Shown here: positions 1-13,967 of the stretch, in pieces
Numbering within the stretch: position 1 is the stretch's first letter
Layout: every line of letters starts with the position of its first letter
Origin: Octopus sinensis
Taxonomy: Eukaryota
Reading direction: 5' to 3'
Assembly (NCBI RefSeq): GCF_006345805.1
Contig: NC_042998.1
Location: forward strand, 45,446,001 to 45,510,000
Length of the DNA: 64,000 nucleotides
Translations under genes and position numbers: made by a program
Notes under the pieces: model-generated
The model's input: only the letters and a program-made list of their open reading frames with translations
Database searches by the model: none
Told to the model about the DNA's origin: nothing

Positions 1-1524
1 GTAAAACGAGTGCAAACGTTTAAATAACCCCTATCATACAATTCCCTACAACTTTTTTTTTTGCCATGTGATGAATTCCATTTTAAACTTCGCCGTTAGT
101 GAACAAAAATTACTTTGGGATTTTAGCTGACATTAAACAAAGCCCTACAGATGTTTCTTTTCAGTTTCATAAATTACCGCAGAAAAACCTATATATTGGC
201 ATCATTTCTTAAAAGTATACATGGCAAGCAATTCCACTGACTAAAGAAACTACAACGCATAACTGATCTGACTGAAAAACCGCAGCAAGCAATAAATTAT
301 GACTATTAGACCGTATCTACTCATTTAAAATATCTACCATATGCATGTATTAAAATGCCACGTGTATGACCTATATTGTCTTTAAAATAAAAGTAGACAA
401 GTAAAATCGTCAGCAGATATATTATAAAAAAATATTTGAATTGCTTTTGACAAGCTGCTATGTAATATAAATGGCCAAATATAAATTCGGTTCATATATC
501 GCCCTTTGCCCATTTGCAGTACAAAAGAGGGAGAAAGCTAACTAAATAATTGGCGATCAGCTGACAAGAGACAAAAAAGAATGTAGAGCATGGTATCAAT
601 TTTCAATTACAGAACGAGGAAAAGAAATAATAAAGGCTCCATAGAAAATAAATTTATCAACGAGGATGACGCACAACGATGATGATCGTTACCAGGCGCA
701 CGTGCGTCACTGATGAAAGCCGGTATCCCTGCAGTGAGACACTTTCAGACATATGGTTCTGTTGATTTCACATTCTTTCCTCTTGACATGCAAATAGCTT
801 CAACGGACAACTACATTGGGAAATAATTTTATCGAGATCTCATTAGGCTGTTCAAACTGAATAAATAACGGATTTAAAAGCAGCCAATTTGTGGGGAAAA
901 AATACTCAGCGAATTCACAAAAGGGGGATATAGATATAATTGAATAGTAAACCCAAAATTTCTAAAATGTATAAATTCAATATATTTAGTATTCAATTTT
1001 TACTATCAAGATTAGGTTCCGAAAGAATTACTAGCTGGATAGAAATCTCTCTCGCTATAAATATATAAACACACAGACACAATGCGCTCGCGCACTGATG
1101 GTTCTATTATTTTTTCTTATTAATAGCATAAGTTTTGACATTTTAATATGTACATAATTTTTTTACAAGCATCAGATTCGTTCGGAAATCCTCGCAACCT
1201 CTCTTCTGACTGTCCACATTATTTCACATTTGAATAAATTAACCAGTAACGCTACAACATGCCCTCTTAAGTACAAGTTTCAATGCCTGTAAAGTGCGAT
1301 CGCCTGGCTAGGGTCGCCCTGGTGTAATTAATCCCCTATATACTACAGCAGTCAGTAGCCATCTTCTCACAACATTTTAGCAGTTGCTACTAAAAGCCAG
1401 TTATTCATTTCCGTCAGCTATTTCCCATCCAACACCAATTACAAGAGTTACTAAGCCTAATACATAAAACAACAGTTTCCTCAGACTAGATAGGAGATGG
1501 AGACCAAGTGGAACTATAAATTAA

Positions 1525-1633
1525 ATGTTTGCAAAGCTTTAACTCAAAGCCAGATTTGAACAAACACAATGGAAGTAATGTTTGCAAAGCTTAAACTCCA
1601 AAACCAGATTTAAAATAAAGCACAGTGAAAAAG
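1525..1633. repeat. Diverged tandem dimer, ~52-55 bp unit
   Basis: aatgtttgcaaagctt.aactc…ccagattt occurs twice in tandem. Confidence 0.7.
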
Positions 1634-2022
1634 TAGAGGAGGGGGCAAATAGGATTGAAAACAAACTGGTTTTATAAGCTTCTGCAAAACAAATTATCAC
1701 AGGATAATTTTGGTTAAGAGAGTTGAAACCTCTCGCTAGTAATGAATGACTTCGTGTGTTGAGAGAGAAAGAAATTGCTTTTTAGTCTAGGAGACCTGAA
1801 ATTAGCAGTTTATTTGCCTCTTATGTGGTACAAAGGAAATCAAAGACTTAAGTCCTTGGTAACGGCGACCAGTACTAAAAATAAATTCCATGGAAAGTGT
1901 TTGTTATGAGACGAGGTGAAGGAAGAAAAAAGCAACATGTCCACTGTCCGGTTGAATGACCTGTGAACAAAAAACGACAGGGCGACAGGTTGCTTGCTAC
2001 TTGAAGAGATATGACTACTTAC

Positions 2023-2048
2023 TGTCATGAAGATTACTGCTGTTATTT
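2023..2048 (-). other. Candidate 26-nt exon of an unidentified minus-strand gene
   Basis: Strong acceptor ttttgtttcttttgtttttcag| and consensus donor |gtaagt bracket AAATAACAGCAGTAATCTTCATGACA. No homology evidence. Confidence 0.35.
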
Positions 2049-4740
2049 CTGAAAAACAAAAGAAACAAAATCAGCCACAATAAAAAAGAATACAATATGA
2101 AATGTAATCAATAATAAATATTTATAATTTTATTTTTAATGTTAGTAATTAAAAATTGGAGCGGAAAATTGCCTTGAAATTTCGTTAATTTGATTTTTCT
2201 CCAGAAAGAACTTTGACTACAACTCAGCATTTCACATGGCTATTGAAGTATTGCAAGGACAATAGACTATCCCAGTGAATTAGAACGTCTCAGATTTTTA
2301 TGCAGGACGAGAGCTCAAAACACCTGAAATAATTGAAGTTGTAGGACCGAGCCTTTTTAAAAAACAAAGGATCTCTTTTGCCCAATTAATAAAAATCATT
2401 CAAGTGCTGTTTATCATAGGGGTGGATTAAAGAAAATCTAGAAAAGAATTATAAAATTACAAAATCCCCAAAATATGTTTTTTTTTAACTGAAAAGTTAT
2501 TTCAGAAAAAATCTATGATATGATCATTGGCTATCAACACAGGTCTATAATTCTTTATAATCTCTAACATTGAGAGTAATTGAGCTATTTATTTTATCGT
2601 CTTAACGTTGAAAGTTCAATTGTTTAAAACATAGTTCAATTCAAAAGATTAAGGTACATATGGAAAAGTTCATATAAACATTTCTTATCAAGTCTTCAAC
2701 AATTTATAGACCTAAATACAGTTGTTTTTTTAAATGCGAATACCTAGGCAATAAAATGTGTTAAATGTAAATTCTACATCATTATAAATCAATATATATT
2801 TAGGACTGCGATTTGGTCGTAAGCTTTATCAACTTATGATTTTAGTCCACGTAAGGACAATGAATATAGGTTTTAGTAGCGAAAACATTTAATTGAGGAG
2901 GGAAAAAACAATTCAAGGAAGGAAAATGAGATTTCTCATCTTTGTAACATTGATTATAAGTCTCATTTCTCAAAACGTTTGACGATCTTTTTAAGGACTG
3001 CAAACACGGAAGAAATATGATATATCTAGGGATTCATGTTGCCGGTAAAGCAAGCCCATCAGTGAGAAACGGGTTGCCGAAAAGAAGGGGAAAAGAAAAA
3101 TATTACTATATAAAGGAGTTCAATAAGTGTATCGAAAGATTGAAGTCTTTAAAAATATTTGCTAACGAAAAAGAAAAAAAAAATTACAATAGATTTATTT
3201 CTAAAAGCCATAGGAGTGGATATCACATACCATGTTTAGTCAGATCATATCGGACTAGCGAAAATAAACCCACGTGAATTGCGACTAAAAAGTTTACTAG
3301 GATTAAATGAGAGAATTCAAAGCAATTTCATTTAATGGTATTTAAAAAAAAACATTTTAAATTGTTTAATACACCACATAGAGCAACCTCATCAGAAAAA
3401 TTGAGTTAAAATACTTTATTTAAATAGTAAAGCAACGGAATGATGGGATAATATCACTTCAAAATAACGATTAAGGCTCTTTATATATTTCAGACGTGTC
3501 ATATTTATAATTGTAAATTCTATTATATATTTCCCAAAGAAACTTCAGTTGATTTCGAGATCATTAAGAATTTAATGAAAGTATAAAAGCAGAGAAGCCT
3601 AATTTAGAAGTCGTTAAAGAGAAATACCATGTGGATTAATAAAATGCCAACTCTCCTCCCTTCTATTGTGACGTTGAAAAACAGTTATCAAGTTGCGCAA
3701 GATCTAAGAGCTCGTTTTAACTAGTTCTAGTTGCAGAGTGAGAGTGCATTTAAAATTGATAGTGCCAATAAACAAACTGGAATGAATATAAATAATTTAA
3801 TTCTATAAAAATTTAAGCTTAAATAAAAATGGAGAAGTATCGAGAGAAATCATAAAGAGGGGGATCGAAATTCAATAGTTTACGAAACGAAAACAGATCC
3901 CCGTTTTGTGGCCACTGCATACATGTGCGTATCAAAGACGTAGATGAATCACACATATACACACGTGTGCATGTGGGAAAAAAAAATCCATAAATCTGCT
4001 AAAGACTCCTTTCGAAACGACTATAGGCATTATTTCAGTTTATACCAATACATGAAAAAAATTACTTTCTTTTATTTTAATGAAAAGAATAGACAGCGCT
4101 TTTGGTGAGGTTTAACACGTGGCTTATTGAAGGAAGCCTTTCACGTCACAAAAATGCTTCCTAATAAGAACGATGGGCGATTTTTTTTTATAACCTGTAA
4201 ATTTCAAATATACTTTTCAAAACTGTACAATAAAAATATAATTATAACATAAATGATAAATCGATAACTTACTTCATATTGGACAATACTGGTTACAGAT
4301 GGGGTACATCCAACTATAGAACATGTCAGGCTAACTTTAAAATATCAAAATCGTCGATTATAATATAAATGAATATCCAAATCCTGCGTTGAGATTAGCA
4401 AAATACGTGCCGAACGATGCATCCACTAAAATAATAACAGCAACATAAAAACGGTAACGCACCGACTAAGCATATTGCAAATACCGACAGAAAAAAATAA
4501 TAACCAAATAGATTTCTATATCGACTTCCCGCTCTTACAGTCACAACCACTCCTTCTTATTCATTTCTCCCTCTTCGTCTCATCGCAGTCATTGTCCTTA
4601 TAGCCTCCCTTCCCTCCATACATCTTTCTCGCTCTCTTTCTCTCTTGCTCTCTCTCACTTTCTCGCTCACTCTTTCTCTTTTTCCTTCTCTGTCTCTTTC
4701 GCTGTCTCCGGTTGCCTCTCTCTCTTTCGCATTAGCACGC

Positions 4741-4870
4741 TCTTTAATTGGCTACTTCCTTTCCTGACGTGATTTGTTCTCCACCTCCTTTGCAGTCGTG
4801 ACGTCACTTGGAGGGAACTGTACAGCTAACGCAGCAACCATTATGAAAACAGAGTGTTACGTAAAAGACA
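4741..4870. promoter_or_regulatory. Candidate promoter/enhancer motif cluster
   Basis: ATTGG (reverse CCAAT, 4747-51), ACTTCC (ETS-like, 4754-59), TGACGTGA (4765-72), palindromic CRE GTGACGTCAC (4798-4807) and TTACGTAA (4857-64), next to a ~190-bp CT-rich tract in a transposon-free region. Confidence 0.5.
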
Positions 4871-6474
4871 CCGGCATCATTAAAGAAAAATTTGATTCAT
4901 CGCTATCGGCGAGAGAGAAGCAGAAATGCATTGGGCTTGATTGACACGTTGATTATTATGGTTTACCATATGAAATATTTAGTAGTACAGAAAACCGAAT
5001 TAATTCTCTGGATGACGATAATCTTATAACGTCTATCTAAATTCAAACTGACAACATCGTGCCTCGTTTCATCCATCACGTTTTGATGAGTTGCAGAAGC
5101 TGTACCCGTACAGTATCTCTGTATTTTTTGGCCCATGTCTTGCTGGAAGAGTTCTGCTTCTAGTTCACGCAGATCTGGATACCCCCCCCACACACACACA
5201 CACACACTCTATCATTTATTTATTTATTTACTTATTTAATGCCTACCCCTACTTCGAGCTATCGAGGTAACCTTTCTTTAAACGATCATTCGATCTGTTA
5301 CAGATACTTGCCATATCTTTAAATTACAAGTTAAACGAAATATACAACTAAAAACAAAACAGATTATGATTGGAAGCCTTTAATCATAGGCCTTCTTCAT
5401 CAGGCTAAACCTGTTGCTAAGTAACAATAACCCCCTTTCACTTTTTCAACGAACCAACAACACGGGCGCACAGCTGTCGCTCGAACGGCAAGAAATAGCA
5501 GTCAAATCTCCCTCCAATCACACCTAGTATCTTAGAAAGTACACGTTTGATAACGAAGTGTTAGATGCAGATGTGGTTGTATGGTAAGAAGCTTGCTTTC
5601 CAACCAAGTGGTCTTGGATTCAGTCCCACTGTGTGGCACCTTAGGCAAGTGCTTTCTATAGCCCAGGTCGTCTAAAGCCCTGTGAGGGCAGTTAGTAGAT
5701 GGAAACAAAGAAGCCTGGTGTGTGTGTCTTTGTCCCCCACTGTCTTTTGACAACCGTTGTTGGTTTGTTTGCATTCTTGTAACTTAGTGGTTCGTCAAAA
5801 GAATAAGTACTGTTGGCAATTAATTCGCCTAAACCCTTCAAGATAATGACTGAAACAAGTAAAAGATAAAAGATACTCCATATGATAATTCTGGGTCTAA
5901 GCAACTGCAACAGCAAAGTGGCCATGGTTTTGAAACTTAGGACATCAATTGATATTTGCTGGTCTCCTTGGAAGTGTAGCTGCAAACAATAAGTGTAAGT
6001 ATTCCAAGGTGCACTGGGTGTTTGGATCCATAAAAGCTTTGAAATCTACACAAGTTCCAAGTTCTCATCTTTGGTACAATACGGTCAATTAACAGCTGTT
6101 CAACAGATTATCGTGATTTTGCTGTGTATATGGCTCAGTGGTTAAGAGCATCAGTCTCACAATAATGGGGTACTGAGTTTGATTCCTGGACCTGGCTGTG
6201 TGTTGTGTTCTTGAACAAGACACTTTATTTCACATTACTCCTGTTCAGTCACCTGTAGGAATGAATTGCATTGTCACTGGTGCCTTTCCCTTGGATAACA
6301 ACGGTGGCATGGAGAGGGGAGGCTGGTATGCATGGGTAAAAACTGGTCTTCCACAAACAACCTTGCTTGGACTTGTGTCCAAGAGAGGAACTAGGTGCAA
6401 TCCCATGGTCATTCATGACCAAAAAGGGTCGTTACCTTTTACCCTATGTATGTGCATATTTATACACACCTATA

Positions 6475-7297
6475 CAGGATATTTGGGCTAAATTTGACAG
6501 TTTGCATTAAAGGAGAAGAATCCCACCCCCAAAAAAACAAAACTGTATTTAAAAATTTTTTTTAAAGTATCAACTAGATTATGGATGGGAGATAGTTTAC
6601 ACAAAGCAGCCACCCTCAGCTTCCACCATGACCTCAAGATGGCTCTGGAACATGGGACATGCATTCCTCACTGTGCCCCTGGAAAGATCATTGAACAGCC
6701 CTTTGATCTTGACTGCCAGCTCAGCCTTGGTGTTGCAGGGAGAGCAGTTGGTGTCTTTCTCAAGTGTGACCCACATATGGTAATCCATGGGACTATAATC
6801 TGGGAAATTAGACCAGAAACTGGGGTTGATGATGCTACGACATTCTACGACAACCACTTCTAACTTCATCCAGTGGTATGGCAAGGAGCCAAAGTTTGCT
6901 GTCACACATATAGCCTTCCAGCAGCAATCCTCTCCAGCCAGGGTTTGACCACAATCTCCAACAGCTTCACATAGCCATCTGAATTAAGATGTAGGTTGGC
7001 ACAATGTCACCCACCTGGAGACAAATCCAAAGATCTTATTGTCTCTGTTGCAGCTGTTCATGTCATCTCTCACAGCCTTTACAGTGCTCACAGAGCAGTG
7101 AGCAGCAGTCATGATGCCAGCATTTTGATACCCAGCATAAATCATTATTATACTGATAACTCTTTTCCAATATTCAGATAGCTTCCAGTCCTTTTTTCTG
7201 AGCTACAATTTTAATCTTTATGCTCTCCAACACCATTGACTGTTCACCAGTAAAAAAAGGTGATATAAAAATCATCAAATTTAGCCTGGACACCCTG
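6475..7297 (-). mobile_element. Decayed Tc1/mariner-superfamily transposon (maT/Tc1-like)
   Basis: Imperfect TIRs CAGGATATTTGGGCTAAATTTGA / TCAAATTTAGCCTGGACACCCTG, with TA on the left. The minus ORF 6597-6905 has the transposase C-terminus (FW..NFPDYSPMDYHMW…AC..F…LE.MVEAEGG). Confidence 0.8.
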
Positions 7298-7771
7298 TGT
7301 TACATACATAGTTGTCTGAGAAGCCATGGCAAGAGAAATATGGACACTAGTATATTTGTCAATAGAGTGGGTATATTAATCAAAGTTAATTGTATAATAG
7401 ATCTATTTCAACTGATCCCACCAATTGGTTTCACACTGGATATTAAATAACTGCATTAAGGTATACCTGGCATCCCTGAAGGCAACATTTTGTTATCTAT
7501 TACTCTGTGCAAAACTGCTTGACAAAACCAACTAAAATATGGCTCTATGACACTTTCGGCTTTGATTACTCTATATATATATATAATGGTAAAATATCTA
7601 TTTACCTTCATCCATTTAGTACACTCGGTAATGTAATTGCAATGCAATAAAAAACACTTGTGTATTAATAATTGGGTATTCTACAAGCAGTATATTGGAT
7701 AGATATTATCCCTTAGTTGGTTGGATTTACAACCTCTAAGTTTCTTTGAATATAATATATATTAATTACTA

Positions 7772-8075
7772 GTGAAGGTGTGTGGCTTAGTGGTTAAGGC
7801 ACTGAGTTCAATTCCCAGTGACGCATTCTGTCCTTGAGCAAGACACTTTATTTCATGTTGCTCCAGTCCACTCAGCTGGCGAAAATAAGTTGTACCTGTA
7901 GTTCAATGGGCTAGCCTTGTTACATTTTGTGTCATACTGAATCTCCCTGAGAACTACGTTTAGGTAACACATGTCTGTGGAGTACTCAGCCACTTGCATG
8001 TTAATTTCACAAGCAAGCTGTTCCGTTGATCGAATCAGATGAGACCCTCATCGTCATAACCAACAGAGTGCTCCT
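7772..8075 (+). mobile_element. tRNA-derived SINE family C
   Basis: tggcttagtggttaagg…cttgagcaagacactttatttca…ccagtccactcagctgg. Relatives at ~6130, 8330, 20865, 38232-38570(-), 45370-45505(-) and 54662. Confidence 0.8.
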
Positions 8076-8799
8076 TATATACTACTAAAACTCTATGATT
8101 GCTTGTGTGCATGTTTGTCTGTAATTTAATACAACCAAGCCGGCACATAATAGGAAAATACTCTGAAAGTAAGGTACTCCTGAAATGTGAATGCAAATGG
8201 AATAAAACAAGTTTTGCGTAAATCAGACCATTGATTCCAGAGATATGCAGTTTTTGGGGGTACCTTCATAAATAGCCAAAACAGTGCATAATGGGAAAAT
8301 ACTCCAAAAGTAACATAACTCTGAAACGTAAGGTCATGAGTTCGATTCCTGGCGACACATTGTCTCCTTAAGCAAGACACTTTATTTCACATTGCTCCAG
8401 TCCACTCAGCTGGCAAAAACGAATAGTACCTGTATTTCAAAGGGCCGGCCTTGTCACACTTTGTTTCCATTAATTCTGTGTTTATGTTATATAACAATTC
8501 CTTGTGCATTTTTGTAGAAGTGTTCACATATACCATAAATAAATGCTGTTACTAGGGTTCAAGTTTATCCCAGAAGTTCTATTTCTATTAGATGCTGTAA
8601 ATAATCAATAAAACCTTAAACATGAACTTGTAAACCAGACCTATGATGACACAAATGAATTGAAATATTTAAATGAATCATCATAAAATTAACTTTCATT
8701 TCATGCAATGTTGAAGTCAGCTTCAAGTTTTATAACCTGAACTATCAGTGATCCAACGGTCACAGGTAGTCTAGTGTGTGTGTATATATATATATATTG

Positions 8800-9016
8800 A
8801 AGGCAGCGAGCTGGCAGACACGTTAGTGTGCCGGGCGAAATGCTTAGCGGTATTTCGTCTGTCGTTACGTTCTGAGGTCGACTTTGCCTTTCATCCTTTT
8901 GGGGTTGATAAATAAAGTACCAGTTTCATACTGGGGTTGAAGTAATCGACTTAATCCCTTTGTCTGTCCTTGTTTGTGTCCCCTCTATGTTTAGCCCCTT
9001 GTGGGTAATAAAGAAA
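8800..9016 (+). mobile_element. SINE family B
   Basis: ggcagcgagctggcaga.acgttag…gtcgactttgcctttcatcc…aataaagaaat. Copies at ~9483, 24640(-), 39170, 51660-52042(-) and 62949-63545 (nested in both orientations). Confidence 0.85.
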
Positions 9017-11450
9017 TATATATATACATATAAAGCATCTTTTGAACATTGAACCTCGTGGAGGCAATGTGGCCGATGTTGCATAACTATCAACCAAGCT
9101 GGTGGCACATAAACGGCACCTTTCAAGCATTGGGCCTCACTGAGGCAATGACAAATGACTGAGACCTTTGGCAATATACTGTGCTTGAAAAGAAGCCCTA
9201 TCAAGTCATATGAAATCGTAGTCATGGCATCGAGCCATATGAAATCGTAGTCATGTCACATAACTGGCAGGTAAAAAGCACCCATTACGCTCTCGGAGTG
9301 GTTGGCATTAGGAAGGGCAGCCAGCCATAGAAACTATGCCAAATCAGACTGGAGTCTGGTGTAGCCCCCTCAGCTAACCAGCCCTGGTCAAACCGTCCGA
9401 CCCATGGACAACAGACGTTAGATGATGATGATATATATACACACTAGTGTGTTGCATTTCAACTGATGAGTAACACTACATGAGGCAGCGAGCTGGCAGA
9501 AACGTTAGCACACCGGGCGAAATGCGTAGCCATATTTTGTCTGCCGTTACGTTCTGAGTTCAAATTCTGCCGAGGTCGACTTTGCCTTTCATCTTTTTGG
9601 GGTCGATAAATTATGCACCAGTTACACACTGTGGTCGATGTAATCGACTTAATCTCTTTGTCTGTCTTTGTTTAGCCCCTTGTGGGTAATAAAGAAACAG
9701 ATGGGTAACACTACTTTTGCACATACACTTTTTTGCCAACATGAGCAATACTTGAAAATATGTCACACATAAAATAATTACAATTTCACTGTTATCAAAT
9801 TTCTTGGTGCTTATACAAAATGATAAAATGAATACTAATTTTCAAAAGAAAAATAATCATTCCCTATGATTAACTCTGGATTTCTCTTTTATTCTCTCTC
9901 CTTCTCTATACAATGTAAAGTGTGACTGAAGAAATCAACCAACTTCGATATCAGCTATTATTAGCCTTTCAGCATGGTCGTTGCCAGTGCCGCTGGACTG
10001 GCTAATGTGCAGGTGGCACATAAAAAGCACCATTTGAGCGTGGCCGTTGCCAGTACCGCCTGACTGGCCCTCGTGCCGGTGGTACTTAAAAGCACACCCA
10101 CTACACTCTCGGAGTGGTTGGCGTTAGGAAGGGCATCCAGCTGTAGAAACTCTGCTAGATCAGATTGGAGTCTGGTGCAGCCATCTGGTTTGCCAGTTTT
10201 CAGTTAAATCGTCCAACCCATGTTAGCATGGAAAGCAGACGTTAAACAACCATGATGATGATGATATCCAGTCAAAATATTTTCCCAGTTTTATTTTCAA
10301 ACTGGCTGGGTCCTGCCTTTCACACCTATGCTACAACGTCAGTGTAAAATAAACAATCATATGGAAATCTGAAACTTATGAGGAAATGCATGTTTAATTT
10401 TAAAAATATTAGAATAAATAAGCATTACATTTGACATATAATCTGATTTCTAAAGAGTCAAAATTGTCTGTGTCTGTATGTGATCAGCTGAGATTTTTTG
10501 ACAAAACAAAATCACTCAGCTATATAAAAATAATAAGGATGGTAATGTAGTATGATGACCAACAAACAATGCCACATGACTGAGTTTCACATGAGGTTGA
10601 TAGGTGTATACCTGTCAGGTGTTGAAGTTATGGATTTAGGTTGAACACAACAAAAGATTTTATTCGAAATTTGGAGTTTTGTAACATTTTTTTTTATCTG
10701 ATCATCTTGGTGTAGATAGACACAAATGTAGCTGTGTGCTTTCCAATCACATGGTTCTGGGTTCAGTCCCACTCTGTGGCACCTTGCATGAGTGTCTTAT
10801 AGTATAGCCTCAGGTCAAGAAAAGATTTATGAGTGGATTTGGTAGACAAAAACTGACAGAAGCCCATTGTATGTGTGTGTGTGTGTTTGTCTCCCACCAC
10901 TGCTTCACCAACCAGTGTTGGTTTGTTTACATCCCTGTAACATTAGCAGTTGGGTAAAAGGAGACCGTTAGAATAAGAACCAGACTTAAAGAAAATAAGT
11001 ATTAGATTCAATTTGTTCACCTAAGCCCTTCAAGATGACGCCTCAGCATGGCCACTGTCCAATGACTGAAACAAGAAAAAGATAGAAGAGATATTGAAGA
11101 TACTTATAGATGCTTATTTATTCTAACCATCTTTGCCTTGTTACAAATTTTTCTCCTACTCTTCAACAGATATTTGCCATGAGGACTTGGATATCAACAT
11201 GTATTTATTGTTTACTTGGCCTGACTTTTCCAGGCATCCATGTATATGACATGAACCTCACTCACTAAACAGCAGAGTCAAGAATCCTGCAATAAGAAAT
11301 CTTTGTTGTATCAATGAATTGAAATAAGAATAGCCAAGAATTTCTCTGTGCTCTCATCAGCTGACTGAGAAACAGTGGATGGCACTCTACAATACATGTT
11401 TATGCTTCAAATTACAACTTCGAATAAATGATAAAATATATTTGTACATA

Positions 11451-11614
11451 TAGGTGCAGGAGTGGCTATGTGGTAAGTAGCTTACTTACCAACCACATGG
11501 TTCTGGGTTCAGTCCCACTGCATGGCACCTTGGGCAAGTGTCTTCTACTATAACCTCGGGCCGACCAAAGCCTTGTGAGTGGATTTGGTAGACGGAAACT
11601 CAAAGAAGCCCGTC

Positions 11615-11680
<66 letters not shown>

Positions 11681-11870
11681 ATGTTTGTGTGTCTGTATTG
11701 ATCCCCCTATGCTGGTGTGTTTATGTCCCTGTAACTTAGCGGTTCGGCAAAAGAGACCGATAGAATAGGTACTGAGCTTACAAAGAATAAGTCCCGGGGC
11801 CGATTTGGTTGACTAAAGGTGGTGATCCAGCATAGCCACAGTCAAATGAATGAAACAAGTAAAAGAGATA
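11451..11870 (+). mobile_element. tRNA-derived SINE family A (full length)
   Basis: A-box-like GTGGCTATGTGGTAAG, B-box-like GGTTCAGTCCC, central (TA)n(TG)n, tail gactgaaacaagtaaaagag. Further copies at ~5565, 10725, 13768, 19775(-), 20770, 21587, 22265, 23920, 28670, 31120(-) and 55031. Confidence 0.9.
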
Positions 11871-12368
11871 CATACATGCATATACTCAGGCCTATTCCCA
11901 TTTTTTTTAGCAGGAGGTAACCTCAACAAGACATCAGTCATTCCATTCATTTCCCAGTCCAAAGAGGAAGGCCCATCCTATGCTCAGGTCAAGGCATAGA
12001 ATGCAATTCCCTATATCAGCAGTGGACCCCGACAGCATATTCCCTGCATGGTGTAAGAGGCAACCGAAAGGGGCAGGAGTGAAGGGACTAGGAATCAAAT
12101 CCTCCTAGTAATTTCATATTCCTAAAAAGATAACAAGAAGAGAAAATATATTTATAATCATGATAATAAAGGTGTCAATTCCCAAGAAATTAGTTTTCAG
12201 TAACTATGTTTTTAAATTGTAGTAGGCAAAATTTTAGGCTTCATGAGAGTATACAAAGAACTAGGTTATAAACTAACTTCATCTCAGGAAGTATATTAGA
12301 TAAAACAGAGCAGAGGTTCACATTTAATGTATGGGTAGTGAAACATAGAAAGAATAGTGTGAAACAAA

Positions 12369-12411
<43 letters not shown>

Positions 12412-12635
12412 CATTATAATTTAGGGTATCTATGAGATATCGGCACGTTGGAACTAGCAGCCAAAATCTGACTCTAAAACCACATCAAATATTCATACAG
12501 CACATGGAGAGAAGACAAAAAAAAACAAAATAAACTAGCAAAAAATTACTGGATAATTCCAGATCCCAGATTTATGGCTTTGCATAAGAAATGCTTTGCC
12601 TCTTGAGTGGAATATACGCAGAAAATAACATAAAT

Positions 12636-12668
<33 letters not shown>

Positions 12669-12781
12669 ACATACGAATACTTCTATGAATAATATTAATA
12701 ATAATTAGTACCTTTGAAGGTTTTTATTTCCATTCTGGCCACATGATAAGATCAGTATTTAATTTGAATTAACGATCTTAT

Positions 12782-12823
<42 letters not shown>

Positions 12824-12827
<4 letters not shown>

Positions 12828-13277
12828 AAAATACAAAATGGGACAAGAACGCAAAACATCCAAATAGATGATACAAAAAACACGGACAGGTCATTCGAAG
12901 CCTTTAATCTTCAGTCAAGAACCGGATTACCCTCACAATTTCAGCTGATTAATCTTGAGATTGCTCCAATCTGGCCAGCCCCAAGGAAAAACTAAACTCA
13001 GAGCATTAGATTCTTCGGAAAAAGGAATGAATGTGTACGAAACAAGGACAGAAAAATGGACGATGTTACACAAATATAAATACAAAAAAAAACACGAATA
13101 TAAATGCAAAAAAACAATAATAATAATAACAGGACATAACAACAGGCATCTTTCGACCAGAGACAAATGAATTCGGCTGGCGCATTGAGTGAGAATTAAG
13201 CCTTACGGCAGACAAAAACAATGATGTTACCATGCCCGTGGTCCAACGCAAAAGGGCTACTAGTCGGCCAGCGGTCA

Positions 13278-13285
<8 letters not shown>
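12824..13285. mobile_element. Unclassified ~460-bp interspersed element embedded in (TA)n
   Basis: Flanked by (TA)n on both sides; a partial reverse copy lies at ~14385-14500. Confidence 0.6.
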
Positions 13286-13333
<48 letters not shown>

Positions 13334-13936
13334 CGATTAGGCCCAAAAATAGTGAATTGACAACAAAAATGTAGCTGTCCTTTCCTGTTCCCTGTCACAT
13401 TCCTCAATCTCTTATCTCCCATCTCTAGATAATTGTCCACTCTGTCTTCTGAGGTCCTTCAGTGATAGGGACCACTTACGGCCCCTATTTAGCCTTGCAG
13501 TTACAAGGTGATCATTACTTGCACAAGTGTCACAAAAATGGCATACAATACATGGAAAGGCATCCAGTCATAAAAACATCTCAAAGTAGATATTGGTGCA
13601 TGACAGTCTTCCAATTCATCAGTCCTTATCAAATTGTCCAACCAATGCAAGCATGCAAGCAGGATGTTAAATAATGATGATGATAAGAATAATTAATGAA
13701 ACAGTATAGTTTCTATTGATTTCTTGATCCAAGACTGTGCAAAAAGAAAAAAATTATTTCGCCTAGGCACATGAGTTGCTTTGTGGTAAGATGCTTGCTT
13801 GCCAACCACATAGTTCTGGGTTCAGTCCCAGTATGTGGTACCTTGGGCAAGTGTCTTTTGCTTTAGCCTTGGGTCAACCAAAGCCTTGTGAGTGGATTTG
13901 GTAGACGGAAAGTGAAAGACATCCGTCGCATATATG

Positions 13937-13949
<13 letters not shown>

Positions 13950-13967
<18 letters not shown>

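Noticed and set aside
700-740. CTGATGA motif suggesting a hammerhead or C/D snoRNA
   Set aside because: No downstream GAAA/stem architecture and no convincing C/D box pair with terminal stem.
3017-3277. 86-aa ORF in the repeat-free region
   Set aside because: No recognisable homology or splice context; length is within chance expectation.
12880-12930. Hammerhead-like CTGAAGA…CGAA on the minus strand of the TA-embedded element
   Set aside because: No stem II pairing, and GAAT replaces GAAA.
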